Shown: positions 38,049-48,814 of the stretch, piece after piece
How positions within the stretch are numbered: position 1 is the first letter of the stretch
Layout: every line of letters begins with the position of its first letter
The notes under the pieces: model-generated
The model's input: only the letters and a program-made list of their open reading frames with translations
The model's database searches: none
What the model was told of the DNA's origin: nothing
Made by a program: the position numbers and the translations under genes
DNA from: a virus
Length of the DNA stretch: 64,000 nt
Reading direction: 5' to 3' (one strand)
Virus record (IMG/VR): IMGVR_UViG_3300022188_000008
Span: 31,306-95,305 of that record

Positions 38049-39524
38049 ATGGCAATTTACTGGGTAGATCCTGATGCTACAGATGACACTGGGGATGGCT
38101 CTAAATCAAATCCTTGGAAGACTACAAACCATGCAATATCTGCTGGGGATGTTATACAAATAAAGAAAAGTCCTCTTACTACTATGAGTTGGACTGTTTC
38201 AGGTACTTATGGTCAGAGAGATTTTATTGCCTCTGATGATCCTTCAGGGGATATAACTGTTAATGATGTTATTTTAGTAGATGGTGAATATTACATTGTT
38301 ATAGGTATATCAGGATATACGATACAGACATTCAAACCTTTCTTAGGTACTACAAGTAGTGGTTTAACTTGTTATAAAGTAGGTGTATTCGATATTGATA
38401 CGATTGTTTGGGAAGTATTTTCTAGTGGAAATAGCAGTGGTTATACTTATTATAGAGGAGGCTTTGATTGGACTACTGAAGTTCAAGATGGGTATACTTT
38501 TATAAAAGGAGCATCTTCACAGGTATTTAAGATAGATACAAAAGAATATTTTAAAGTAGGTAGAATATGTCCTGTATATACTAGTAATTCTTATGGATAT
38601 CCATTTTATGCTTATGGGCTTTCTAATTGCGAAATATATGGTGTGATTAGTGGCTCAGGTGACTATTATGGTTTGAATATATCCTCTAGCTATGCTGATA
38701 GAAATATCTATATTCATGATTTAGAAGCCCAAGGAAGATGTGTTATTATTAATGGTGGAAATTCTACGGTGTTAGAAAATATAGATATTTGGTTATATGG
38801 AAGTAGTTTTGCAGACTTGAGGAGTTCAGATCACGACAGGATGGTTTGTACAAATATTAGAATAAATGGCTCTGAGCATTTTTCTTATAGTTTAGTAGTT
38901 GGAGGTTTGGCCTGTTTTTTCTCCAATTTAAAATTAGGAGAAGTTTTACCTAATACAGTTAATTCTGTGTTTTTATATACATCTCCTACTTTTTTAAGAT
39001 GTATAAATTCTAATATAGATTTGGAAAATGTTTATATAGAGTCTGCAAAAGATTCAAAAATAATAAGTTTAAACCATGATGGAGCCAGTGGAGATGATAG
39101 GACTGGGATGTATGGATGGTTCAATGCAAGTTATAAAAATGGTATAATTCAAAAGGATTCTTCTTTATACAATACTACGTCCCCTTCTTTAAAATTCACA
39201 CCACTGCATGATACATATCCTCTTATTCAGAGATTTCAGGTCCCTGTAGAAAGTGGTATTAAACGGATCTCTATGTATCTAAGGAAGGATAGTTTATACA
39301 ATGGATCCTATCGTCCTAAGATGATAGTTAGATACTTTGAAGGATCGACAACTGCAACTTGGAAAGAGGTTGAGACAGAGATGTCAGATGTAGATGATTC
39401 TTGGGAGCAAGTATATATAGATGTAGTTGTTGATCTAGATCAAGTAGTAGAGGTAGAGATTAGAGGTCTGGGAACTACAGGTAATTTTTGGTGTGATGAT
39501 ATAGCAGTAAGTGATATTTCTTAG
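38049..39524 (+). CDS. Tail spike/fibre-like protein (beta-helix plus C-terminal CBM-like domain), no signal peptide
   Basis: YWVDP...GDGS..NPWKT; C-terminal W.Q...FWCDDI. Confidence 0.6.
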   Translation: MAIYWVDPDATDDTGDGSKSNPWKTTNHAISAGDVIQIKKSPLTTMSWTVSGTYGQRDFIASDDPSGDITVNDVILVDGEYYIVIGISGYTIQTFKPFLGTTSSGLTCYKVGVFDIDTIVWEVFSSGNSSGYTYYRGGFDWTTEVQDGYTFIKGASSQVFKIDTKEYFKVGRICPVYTSNSYGYPFYAYGLSNCEIYGVISGSGDYYGLNISSSYADRNIYIHDLEAQGRCVIINGGNSTVLENIDIWLYGSSFADLRSSDHDRMVCTNIRINGSEHFSYSLVVGGLACFFSNLKLGEVLPNTVNSVFLYTSPTFLRCINSNIDLENVYIESAKDSKIISLNHDGASGDDRTGMYGWFNASYKNGIIQKDSSLYNTTSPSLKFTPLHDTYPLIQRFQVPVESGIKRISMYLRKDSLYNGSYRPKMIVRYFEGSTTATWKEVETEMSDVDDSWEQVYIDVVVDLDQVVEVEIRGLGTTGNFWCDDIAVSDIS

Positions 39525-39544
39525 TGTGACGAAGGATAAGATAG

Positions 39545-41491
39545 ATGCAAGATTTTAAGTTTTGGGGCACAGAAGGGACTTATACCCCACCATCTTCTTT
39601 AGATATAAATGGTATGTCTTTTACATATATCTATTGGAGATGGGCTAGTGGAACTGGTGGTACTTCCATATCCACGATGTTAAATGATATTAGTTGGAAA
39701 ATAATAGGTGTAAAAAAGAATGTTATATCTTGGAGGATAGGTGGTATTTTGTCTTTTGATATTACATGGAAAGTAGGTTTATTAGAAATTTTATCTCCCA
39801 CATCTTGGAGGATAGGAGGTATTTTTAGTTCAGAAATTGCTTGGTTGATTTTTAATAAGATTTCTAATGACATTACTTGGAGTATTCAACAAAGGATATA
39901 TCATAATTATGACTTAATAAATTCTTTATCGCTTGAAGTTTATTCTACTTTAAGAAATCTAATTCAAAGTATTAGATTTTATGATGTGAAAAATTCTTTA
40001 CTTATGGGATATATTTTTAGTTTAATTAATGATTTTTTAGAAGGTAATTTGGAACTATTAACTGTACTTAATAAATTAGGTTTTGATGATGTTGAAAAGT
40101 ATTATAAACTTAAAAATAGCCTTAATTATGATGAATTATTAAAGATAACAACTTTATTGAATTCCTTAGACCAGGATGTATTCACAACTATAGATTTAGT
40201 TAATTATATAGGTGAAGAACTCAAAAAGAATATAACACTGATAAATGATTTATTAGCTAATAATCCCCTATTAAAAGACTATTTCTTAGTTACTACTCTT
40301 GGCAAATCAGATCCTCTTCATTTAGGAGATTTTGATTCTGTAGCTGATGAGGGAGCAAGTGCAACTACAGGTGATTATGATGTATTTTTAGATGGGCAAT
40401 CCATAAAAGACTGTGTAGAAAGCGTAACAATAACCATTTCAGAAAGCTATTATACTAATTCTTTTGATATGGAAATATCTGATTTGTCATTATGGTCATT
40501 ATTAGAACCCGATGGTTCTGAAACATTAAGAATACGTATAAAAATAGGTACTGATAATTATTATTTCTTGTTAGAGAAACGTGAATTTAGTGCTTCCTAT
40601 GGTAAAAGAACTATAAAAATATGGGGTAGAAGCAAGACAGCTATACTCTCAGAGCCATATTCTACAAAATTAAGCGATGAATATGCTCCTTCAGGGATGG
40701 CTAGCGATGTTATTGCAAATTATGCAAATGGTTTTACTATAGAATATAATGCTTTTGATTATTACATTCCTGAAAATACTTTAGAGGTGTCAGGTAAAAC
40801 AAAAATCCAAGTAATAGATGAAATTGCTAAGGCTGGAGGTGGGATTGTAAGATGTGGAAAGCAGGGAGAATTGATAATTAGATATAAACGACCTTATGAC
40901 CCTGATTCCATAGAAAGTGAAACAACTGATTATGATTTTGATTATTATGATAATATCCTTTCATTAAATGAAAATGAAATACAAGAAAGTGGCTATAATG
41001 CAGTATTAGTTGAAACAGACACTTCTAATAAGCAGGGCAGTAATGTAAGTGGGACTATAATACTAGATCCTGATAAGTCTCCTTCTAATCCTGTTCCAGG
41101 AGATCCTATCTATATTCGTGTTTATCTTACTGCTATTCCTGATTATACAGAATCAGGATATCCTGATTCTTTTTATGAATTTAGAACTACAGATGGTTCA
41201 TTATCTTATCAAGGTACAATTACAGAGGAAGTAACAGAAGATGTAGAAATTGTATCTTCTAAAGGGAATACACAATATCCAATCCTTAATATTGTATCCT
41301 ATGAATGGAAAGGGTTAAACCCAGGCACTTTAGAAGTAGACCCTGAAAGAGAAAATACTTTAAAACTAATTCCTTCAGGGGATAGAACTGAAGGCATTGT
41401 TTCTATAACTTATAATACTGTTTATGACCTATGGTATGCAGAGGGATTAACAGAAGATTCAATTTTGTTTGTTGCAGCTAAGGAGATTTAA
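39545..41491 (+). CDS. Tail tip/hub protein
   Basis: N-terminal xxWxI/xxxN repeats; IWGRSKTA.L..PY; IA.AGGGIV. Confidence 0.65.
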   Translation: MQDFKFWGTEGTYTPPSSLDINGMSFTYIYWRWASGTGGTSISTMLNDISWKIIGVKKNVISWRIGGILSFDITWKVGLLEILSPTSWRIGGIFSSEIAWLIFNKISNDITWSIQQRIYHNYDLINSLSLEVYSTLRNLIQSIRFYDVKNSLLMGYIFSLINDFLEGNLELLTVLNKLGFDDVEKYYKLKNSLNYDELLKITTLLNSLDQDVFTTIDLVNYIGEELKKNITLINDLLANNPLLKDYFLVTTLGKSDPLHLGDFDSVADEGASATTGDYDVFLDGQSIKDCVESVTITISESYYTNSFDMEISDLSLWSLLEPDGSETLRIRIKIGTDNYYFLLEKREFSASYGKRTIKIWGRSKTAILSEPYSTKLSDEYAPSGMASDVIANYANGFTIEYNAFDYYIPENTLEVSGKTKIQVIDEIAKAGGGIVRCGKQGELIIRYKRPYDPDSIESETTDYDFDYYDNILSLNENEIQESGYNAVLVETDTSNKQGSNVSGTIILDPDKSPSNPVPGDPIYIRVYLTAIPDYTESGYPDSFYEFRTTDGSLSYQGTITEEVTEDVEIVSSKGNTQYPILNIVSYEWKGLNPGTLEVDPERENTLKLIPSGDRTEGIVSITYNTVYDLWYAEGLTEDSILFVAAKEI

Positions 41492-41968
41492 ATGGCTGAG
41501 AAAATATTAGCAACTTATGTTTTAGAATTTGATGATGGCAGTACAGGAAGTTTAACTTTAACTGTAGAATCAGAAGATAATGATGGAAGAACCAGTTTCT
41601 ACCCAGGAGATGTTATACATTTAAGATTATATGCTGCTCCTAGTAGCTTGTTAAGTTCAGTAAGTATTCATGCTACTAAAGGGTCTATTAATCACTCTGC
41701 TGTTACTACAGATACTTTCGAAGAAGATGTAGTTTTTACAAATGGTGAGGGCAGCGTAAGTCATACTATAGAAACAGCTTCTATAGAATGGTATGGCACA
41801 GATTTGGGGTCTATTTCATATAATGCAGGAATCTCATCTTCTATTACTTCTCAGACTAAAAGTATGGGAATAGGCAAAGTAACATATACAGCGAAGTATT
41901 TACCTATAACTTATTCTAGTGTCTCAGGTGATTTTGATCCTGTATTAATATGGGTGGAGGCTGAATAA
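41492..41968 (+). CDS. Tail tip protein, paralogous to the 42579 N-terminus
   Basis: LATYV..FD...N.G..SF.PGD.I shared with 42579..43346. Confidence 0.6.
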   Translation: MAEKILATYVLEFDDGSTGSLTLTVESEDNDGRTSFYPGDVIHLRLYAAPSSLLSSVSIHATKGSINHSAVTTDTFEEDVVFTNGEGSVSHTIETASIEWYGTDLGSISYNAGISSSITSQTKSMGIGKVTYTAKYLPITYSSVSGDFDPVLIWVEAE

Positions 41969-42295
41969 ATGGCTGTTTCTATTGTAGTGCAAAAAATAGG
42001 TTCTGGAGATGAAAAACGCAAAACTACTATATCTAGTCCTCTTATCACTACAGAACCGCAAGCCATTACTGTAGGAAAGCAAGAACTCTATAATTGGTAT
42101 TATAGATATAAGCAATATAAACTTTTAGTGCCTTATAGAGGGTTAATGGATGGAGATATTGTTGGTATTTATTGTGATAACCCAGAAGTTAATTCTAAGT
42201 ATAAAATAAATTCAATGACAATAAATATTACTAAGAATAAAGGTGTGTCAGTAGCTATGAATGTAGAAGGCGAATATATCGACCCATTTAATTAG
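41969..42295 (+). CDS. Tail tip protein
   Basis: GD......I.SPLI.T..QA...G..EL. Confidence 0.55.
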   Translation: MAVSIVVQKIGSGDEKRKTTISSPLITTEPQAITVGKQELYNWYYRYKQYKLLVPYRGLMDGDIVGIYCDNPEVNSKYKINSMTINITKNKGVSVAMNVEGEYIDPFN

Positions 42296-42336
42296 ATTTC
42301 ATAATTTTTGTTATGATTTTTTGAGAGGTAACTATA

Positions 42337-42579
42337 ATGCAATTAACACGGGTTTTAACGGATATTTTTAAAACTTCTCCTACAAAAGAAGGTACAATAG
42401 TAGATATTGTTGGCAGTGATTATTTAGTGAAATTGAATACTGAAGAAATGATTAAAGCTAAGGTACAAGATGATATTAATGTTAAAAAAGGGGATACGGG
42501 TATAGTTATAATTGGTACTCCTAACGTTTTTATACCCCTTTCTACAAAAAATCTAGTTACTAAAAAGGTATACGTATAA
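42337..42579 (+). CDS. Small OB-fold-like tail protein
   Basis: EGTIVDI...Y.V...VKKGD. Confidence 0.5.
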   Translation: MQLTRVLTDIFKTSPTKEGTIVDIVGSDYLVKLNTEEMIKAKVQDDINVKKGDTGIVIIGTPNVFIPLSTKNLVTKKVYV

Positions 42580-43346
42580 TGAGTACATTAGCTACTTATG
42601 TAATAAATTTTGATACGGAAAAGCAAGGTAATGAAGGCTATTTATATATAGAAATAGACCCTGATAAAAATAATGGGAAAATGAGTTTCTCTCCAGGAGA
42701 TCCTATTACATTATCAATAATGTCTTCTTCAATAATCAAGGAAACATGGACTTCTGCTGGGAATCTATCTGCTTCAGGTAATTCTACAAAAACCATTACA
42801 GAATATTTTGCAATAGATAACAAATATTCTGAAACTACAGAAGTTAGCTTACGTTATGATCCTCTTTCTATAAAAGAACGGAAATGGCTAGGGCAACAAA
42901 ATGGAAATGTAACTTTTGATGGAAGACGAATTCTATTACCTTCAGGGAGCTATTTTGGATATTATAAAGTTACATATACATATAATGTATATTATTATAA
43001 TTTGACATCCATCTCTAGTGATTATTCAGAAACTAACGTATGTGTCTTTTTTGTTAATGATGAAGAAGTTGTGATTAATCAAATAATAACTTTAATGACA
43101 GATGACGAGGAAGACGAGGATAATCCAGAAGTGAGTATTATTGTGAAAGATTATGTAGCTGAAACTGTAGTACCTGGGACAGTTGTACAGGTAGATGGGG
43201 AAACAGTAGGAGTTACTGATGATAATGGCTATTGCTACATAGGTAAACTGACACGAGGACGTCATGATTTGAAATTAATTCCCCCATCTCCATACTTACA
43301 GAGTGATCAAGATGGTTTAGCTAATGATTGGTTTACAATAGATTAA
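42579..43346 (+). CDS. Tail protein with C-terminal PEGA/CarboxypepD-like domain
   Basis: V.VDG..VG.TD.NG...G.H.LK. Confidence 0.6.
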   Translation: MSTLATYVINFDTEKQGNEGYLYIEIDPDKNNGKMSFSPGDPITLSIMSSSIIKETWTSAGNLSASGNSTKTITEYFAIDNKYSETTEVSLRYDPLSIKERKWLGQQNGNVTFDGRRILLPSGSYFGYYKVTYTYNVYYYNLTSISSDYSETNVCVFFVNDEEVVINQIITLMTDDEEDEDNPEVSIIVKDYVAETVVPGTVVQVDGETVGVTDDNGYCYIGKLTRGRHDLKLIPPSPYLQSDQDGLANDWFTID

Positions 43347-43354
43347 GGTAGGAA

Positions 43355-44392
43355 ATGGCTAAAGAAACTATATTAACTACATATGTACACCCAAAAGGTT
43401 ATTGCCCTGTAAGGGGAGCATGTACTGTTTCTACTCCTGGAGAAGAAGGAAGTACTACTACTGAGAACAATATTTCCAGAAGATTTGCTTTACGAGGTTA
43501 TATTAATAATATTTATAGCCATGTTATTAGAATAAATAATTGGGCTAAATCTGTATTTCATACTGCTGATAATTTGGAAAATAAATTATTGGGGTTAACA
43601 TATAAATGGTTAAGCGAATACTATTTTTGGATGCAGGGTACAAAATATTTCATAGATGATAATTTGAGGTATAAGATTTGGAAAGAAACCGCTGAACTGA
43701 TCTCTAATCTGAGAGAAGAATACAATAAATTATCTTCTAGCAGTGAATCTATGTATAGAAATAATTTTGATTATGAAATACAGCAGCTAGAAGAGTTGCA
43801 TAAAAAAGCTAAAAAAGAAGCATTACAGGTTCAATTAGTTGCATATATAACAGATCCAGAACATGATGTTATAGAAGATGATGAATATGAAAATATTACA
43901 GGAAATATTCTCCATGCCCTTCCTAGGCTAGGGGTTGATGTTTTTAAAATAGGTTTCTTCCCAAAAGCTGAAACAAGTGAAAATGAACGAAATGTAACTG
44001 CTTTTGTAACAAGTAGAACGTATTTTAATGATTTAGGTTGTACTATTTATATGAAATATACTACAGAAACTACAGAAATTTATGATAAAGTACCTTCTTT
44101 ACATGTAAAAGCTACCTTTCCCCCTGAAGAAGAAAAATGTGGGGATATGTATCAATATTGGTTCTTGGTGGGACCCCAACCTTTTTATAAATTACATTTT
44201 CAGGTAATAGGAGGAAGTGTTACAGCACATAAAATACTTATCTTAGGAGGCCGTAAACTTCAGTATGTTTGGTCAAGGATGTATAGTGCTGCTCCTATCC
44301 CAGGAGTAACAACTTCTTCATTAATAATAGAGGATTATTTTAAAAACGTATTATATTATATAGTTGATACTGTGGAGAAGGATAATGGCTGA
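43355..44392 (+). CDS. Hypothetical tail-module protein
   Basis: 345-aa ORF in the tail operon. Confidence 0.55.
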   Translation: MAKETILTTYVHPKGYCPVRGACTVSTPGEEGSTTTENNISRRFALRGYINNIYSHVIRINNWAKSVFHTADNLENKLLGLTYKWLSEYYFWMQGTKYFIDDNLRYKIWKETAELISNLREEYNKLSSSSESMYRNNFDYEIQQLEELHKKAKKEALQVQLVAYITDPEHDVIEDDEYENITGNILHALPRLGVDVFKIGFFPKAETSENERNVTAFVTSRTYFNDLGCTIYMKYTTETTEIYDKVPSLHVKATFPPEEEKCGDMYQYWFLVGPQPFYKLHFQVIGGSVTAHKILILGGRKLQYVWSRMYSAAPIPGVTTSSLIIEDYFKNVLYYIVDTVEKDNG

Positions 44393-44669
44393 GAAAGAAT
44401 ATATTCCAGCGCCTGTGAGCAGTGTTCAATTTTACTATTCAACTATAAAATCTATAGAAAATGAAGATAATATTAATAAGAAAATAATTTTAGAAGACAA
44501 CACAGAAGTTCAGCCTACTGATTTTTATAATTATAAAGTAGGTGATAAAGTATTTGTTTTTAGTGGTTCGGCTACAAAAGCCAAATTACCTATATGGTAT
44601 AAAAATGAATTTGATGGAACTCCAAGAGTAATACCTGTAAAGATATCTAACTATGGATTAGGAAGTTAA
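44364..44669 (+). CDS. Small OB-fold-like tail protein
   Basis: TI.SI...PTDF.NYKVGDKVFV. Confidence 0.5.
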   Translation: MILWRRIMAEKEYIPAPVSSVQFYYSTIKSIENEDNINKKIILEDNTEVQPTDFYNYKVGDKVFVFSGSATKAKLPIWYKNEFDGTPRVIPVKISNYGLGS

Positions 44670-44730
44670 AGATTTGACTTTATTTTTTGTATTTTGTTAT
44701 CTATGAATAGAAACAAAAGGAGAGAGTATC

Positions 44731-45213
44731 ATGAAAAAAGCATTATTAGGTATCGTGATTTTGTTATTATTTTCTATATCCCCATGTTTTGCCCTTCTTG
44801 GAAATTATACAATTGGTTCAGGAACATGGTCTCCTACCAATCCACAAGCTGGATTACATTATTATGGCAATAATAGATATAAACTCACACTTGAAGCTAC
44901 TTCTAATGGAGATGGAGACGCCTCCATCACTATCAGAGACCTGGGGATGCTGGACATTGCGGGGTACTCATGCATTACGGTGGAGCCAGATGGAACGGAC
45001 ATCCCCACGGACGGCTTTGACTTGAGCATTAAGGACGGCCTCGGGAGGGAGCTCATTACTGGTGGGCAAGGCACAAACCTGAGCAACAGCTCTGCAACAA
45101 GCATCTATCTGGATTGGACACATGTCTGGGACAGCATGACAATCTCCCTCTCAGGAATGGGAGACTCGAAGAAGGCAACTATTACGATTGTGTTTGATGT
45201 TTACTACCCGTAG
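44731..45213 (+). CDS. Signal-peptide protein with a virion-decoration-like beta domain
   Basis: MKKALLGIVILLLFSISPCFA signal; PTD.FDL.I.D..G..L..G.G.N motif. Confidence 0.7.
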   Translation: MKKALLGIVILLLFSISPCFALLGNYTIGSGTWSPTNPQAGLHYYGNNRYKLTLEATSNGDGDASITIRDLGMLDIAGYSCITVEPDGTDIPTDGFDLSIKDGLGRELITGGQGTNLSNSSATSIYLDWTHVWDSMTISLSGMGDSKKATITIVFDVYYP

Positions 45214-45251
45214 CAAATTGTTTGCTGACAATTTGCTTGGTGGAGGCTTAG

Positions 45252-47045
45252 ATGAAGAGAACGTTTTTTCTCGTAACCTTGATGATGCTTTTGCTGTTGC
45301 CTGCGATGGGGTGGGCAGCAGACTGGTATGTCCGTCCTGCAGGAGGAGACTATGGCAATGAGGATGGCACAAGCTATGAGAACGCTTTTGATGGATTTTC
45401 CAATGTCTCTGGCCTTAGCAGTGGCGATACATTATGGGTTTGCGGAACACACAGAGAAACATTGACCATTAATTGGAGCAACGCAATAGTTCGACTGGAC
45501 TATCCATCAGATCCAGGGGTTATCTGTGGCTCAGATCGGATAGATGGTGATGACAGTGGTTGGTCAGGCCCAGATGCCAATGGTGAATACAGTATCTCAT
45601 TAAGCACTGAGTGCAATGTGGTAATCAAAGACGGAATAGTGATGTTGAAGGGTACTGTCGGTTCTCTAAGTCCGAATGAATGGGATTGGGATTCAAACAC
45701 ACTTTATATTGGTAGTGATCCTAGCGGGCACACCTTTGAAGTTGGACAACGAAACTTTCTTATACAGTTCCCTGATTCAGCTGTGTCTAATTTTACTATC
45801 ATAGGTGATGGAGAGCATAAACAGCTTTGTTACGCCAATCGCAATGCTATATCGGCGTCTTGGGATGGGAATACACAATCGTATGGGGACCTTACAGTAG
45901 AGAATATCTGGTTTGATGCCAATGCGAGCCAATGTATTCACTCAGACGGCTCGTATACCTTTGACACAGTGATAGTTCGTAACTGTAAGATAACTCAAAA
46001 CGGCGGTGAAGGTATTTACCTAAAAAATAATATCAACACTAAAGCAATTATTGAGAATAACATTATAGGCTCAGGAACATATGATAACTTTGGCTGGAAT
46101 GGAGGTGGTACAGCATATGACGGTGACGGTATCGACTTAGGACATGGTTACGAGATTACAATTCGCAACAATATTATTCAGAACATAAATGGCACAGGAA
46201 TTCTTGCACAGTCAGGAGATGCGCTAATTGAAGATAATACCATTATTGAGCCTGGGATTGACCGCACTACTAAGTGCGGAATATACATTGACCCGCAGGA
46301 AAGTACTGACGAGGTCATTGTAAGAAGAAATAGAATACTCATGAATTCAAGTAACGCAGACGGAATCCAAGCCAGAGCAGTAAGCGGTAATGAGATTCGA
46401 AAAGAGATATCGTACAACTTGGTAGTATTGCCGATGTCATCTGCAAAAGCATGTGTCACAAATCCAGTATACAACACGAGATATTTTAAGATTCTCAACA
46501 ACACTCTGATTGGCGGAACACATGGTGTTTATATGGATGGAGAGAATCCAATATCATGTGAAATTAAAAATAATATAATCAAAAACAGTACACATAATTT
46601 GTATTTTACTCAGTCTGGGTTATCTGGTATTCAGGTTACCCATAACGCTTTTTATCCAGTCGGTAGTTCCAACGACTTTTATGTTGCTGGTACTACTTAT
46701 ACCACATTGTCAGCGTTTGAGTCTGCAATTAGTACAGCATTAAACAATATGGATGATGATCCAAGGTTATTATCCACCTACCACCTCTCCCACAACTCCC
46801 CCTGCATCAACGCAGGAACAACTATCTCAGGCTTCTACGAGACAGCTCTAGACCTAGACAAGCAACCAATCATCGGAACGCCTGACATTGGATGTGACGA
46901 GAGGAAGGCATTGTGGTGGGATGGGAGGAGATGGCACATGCAGAAATTAATGGTTGAATACAAACCACACAATTCCAACGTGCAAGACGAAGGAACAAAC
47001 GACATTCTAGACGAGAGTGGCAGCAACATCTTGGATGAAAGCTAA
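45252..47045 (+). CDS. Secreted right-handed beta-helix protein
   Basis: Signal ending GWA; parallel beta-helix repeats; SPCINAG...PDIG; C-terminal (I/V)xDExG repeats. Confidence 0.75.
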   Translation: MKRTFFLVTLMMLLLLPAMGWAADWYVRPAGGDYGNEDGTSYENAFDGFSNVSGLSSGDTLWVCGTHRETLTINWSNAIVRLDYPSDPGVICGSDRIDGDDSGWSGPDANGEYSISLSTECNVVIKDGIVMLKGTVGSLSPNEWDWDSNTLYIGSDPSGHTFEVGQRNFLIQFPDSAVSNFTIIGDGEHKQLCYANRNAISASWDGNTQSYGDLTVENIWFDANASQCIHSDGSYTFDTVIVRNCKITQNGGEGIYLKNNINTKAIIENNIIGSGTYDNFGWNGGGTAYDGDGIDLGHGYEITIRNNIIQNINGTGILAQSGDALIEDNTIIEPGIDRTTKCGIYIDPQESTDEVIVRRNRILMNSSNADGIQARAVSGNEIRKEISYNLVVLPMSSAKACVTNPVYNTRYFKILNNTLIGGTHGVYMDGENPISCEIKNNIIKNSTHNLYFTQSGLSGIQVTHNAFYPVGSSNDFYVAGTTYTTLSAFESAISTALNNMDDDPRLLSTYHLSHNSPCINAGTTISGFYETALDLDKQPIIGTPDIGCDERKALWWDGRRWHMQKLMVEYKPHNSNVQDEGTNDILDESGSNILDES

Positions 47046-47057
47046 CAGGAGGTATAG

Positions 47058-48059
47058 ATGAAAAAGATATCTTGGATTTTAGTAGTCTTGTTATTTGTAG
47101 CGTCAGTTGTGCTCGCCGGCAAGATGTCAGATTACTCTGATTTGTCTGCGGGCAACATCGCTGACGGAGACATGTTTCTGCTTCGTGACGTGAGCGACAC
47201 AACGTTAGGTTCAACGGGCACACAGAAAGAATATAGTTGGGCTGCGATGAAAGCAGACCTATTCAGTGCTGGGTTTATGAAAGACTTGGTAGATGATACT
47301 AGCCCACAGCTTGGAGGGAACCTTGATAGCAATAACTTCAACGTTTACATAGGCGATGGTACCTACTCGTGGGATCATAGCCCTATACTTGGGTGTGAGG
47401 GAGTTGTTGAGATAGATGGAACACTCTATGCTGACGGCGGAATCCAGACAGGAGCCAGTGCTCAACCTGGAGTGACTGGGGATGACTCAGACACCACAGC
47501 TAGCCCTGATTGGAAGATTTATGGAGATGCTACAGATCCCACAGCAGGTAGCGAAGATGTTGACTTGTTTATCCAGACCTTGGTGGATGGATCAATGACT
47601 ACGTTGCTTCAGTTTGATGCTGATGGGAACATTGAGGTAGCTAAGGACATTAATCTTGCATCAGGCAAGAAGTACAAGATCAATGGTAGTCAGATCAGTT
47701 CTGATGACCTTTCTGACTCCACAACAATAAACACAAACCTTTTAGAATTTATAAACAAGGACTTGACTACGCTTCATAGTGGTAAGGATGAATGGGTTTA
47801 CATCCCTACTACTTGTTCTTGGACTAGTGTTCATGTTGGCTATGATGGTACGGTAACAGACCTAGTCTTTACAGTTTATAGCGCTGACAGCCCGTATGGA
47901 ACTGCTACCACCGTTGGAACTATTGATCCTGATAACTCTCCATCGGTATCAGGGTGGGGTAATATAACTGCGGGCAAATGGGTGAAGATGGAAGTGACAA
48001 CGGCAAGCACTGGCGATGCTACGGCATGTCAGGTTGCTTTTGTGCTGACTAATCAATAG
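47058..48059 (+). CDS. Signal-peptide tail-fibre-like protein
   Basis: Signal ending VLA; KMS.Y..L...D.FL.RD.SDTT...GT.K; DDTSPQLGGNLD; LASGKKYKING fibre motifs. Confidence 0.72.
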   Translation: MKKISWILVVLLFVASVVLAGKMSDYSDLSAGNIADGDMFLLRDVSDTTLGSTGTQKEYSWAAMKADLFSAGFMKDLVDDTSPQLGGNLDSNNFNVYIGDGTYSWDHSPILGCEGVVEIDGTLYADGGIQTGASAQPGVTGDDSDTTASPDWKIYGDATDPTAGSEDVDLFIQTLVDGSMTTLLQFDADGNIEVAKDINLASGKKYKINGSQISSDDLSDSTTINTNLLEFINKDLTTLHSGKDEWVYIPTTCSWTSVHVGYDGTVTDLVFTVYSADSPYGTATTVGTIDPDNSPSVSGWGNITAGKWVKMEVTTASTGDATACQVAFVLTNQ

Positions 48060-48070
48060 TGAGGGAGAGT

Positions 48071-48814
48071 ATGAAGAAAGTAACATTAATTTTTGGTTTT
48101 ACGCTATGCCTTATCTTAAGTGCCGTAGTGGTGCTTAATGCGGGGTGGTGGGTTTATACTGTAACGGAGCCAGCTTCTAGCTCTTGTTCAACACCTTCTT
48201 ATGGGGATGAATTAAATGAGGGTTTTCTTGGCACTGGATATGAGAATACTTGGGCGGAAAGCGGCAGTTCAGCAACAATAGATGAAGATACCTCTCTTAG
48301 TGGTTCTCCGCCAACTGCATGTTGTAATGAAGGATTAGCCATAACACTAAGCGGAACGGGCACATCAAATACATATTGGGATAGAGGCAGTACAATTTCC
48401 TATTCGACATCTACAGACATAGTATTCTGGATATATTTTACTACATTGAATTTTTCAGATGACTATGAAGCTACCAATCTCGTTGAATGGAATAGCGCAA
48501 CTACACACTATGATGTTTCGAATTGTACAGGTTGGGTTGATGTTATGAAGACAAATACAGGTACATATGTGATGCGTGGTAGAGGTTCTACTTCTTCATC
48601 AAATATATCAATCACCACAGAAACCTGGTATAAAGTTAAATTGCATTTAGATTCGGTAGCGTCCGATTCATACTTACAGATTGATGACGGAACACAATAT
48701 TTTTTTACTAGGAAGGATGTAGACGGCAGGTACCTGTCCATTGGTACAAATGCTCTAGAAACCGGAGATGAATTGGCATATCAAATAGGATATATTTATG
48801 TTGATACACCATAA
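48071..48814 (+). CDS. Secreted ConA/LamG-like lectin-fold protein
   Basis: Signal ending LNA; EGF.GTGYENTW; TWY.V.L; paired Cys. Confidence 0.65.
   Translation: MKKVTLIFGFTLCLILSAVVVLNAGWWVYTVTEPASSSCSTPSYGDELNEGFLGTGYENTWAESGSSATIDEDTSLSGSPPTACCNEGLAITLSGTGTSNTYWDRGSTISYSTSTDIVFWIYFTTLNFSDDYEATNLVEWNSATTHYDVSNCTGWVDVMKTNTGTYVMRGRGSTSSSNISITTETWYKVKLHLDSVASDSYLQIDDGTQYFFTRKDVDGRYLSIGTNALETGDELAYQIGYIYVDTP

Noticed and set aside
44673-44703. Dedicated promoter for the secreted array
   Set aside because: TTGACT is present but the -10 (TGTTATCTAT) is a poor match, so it is not supportable as a feature.
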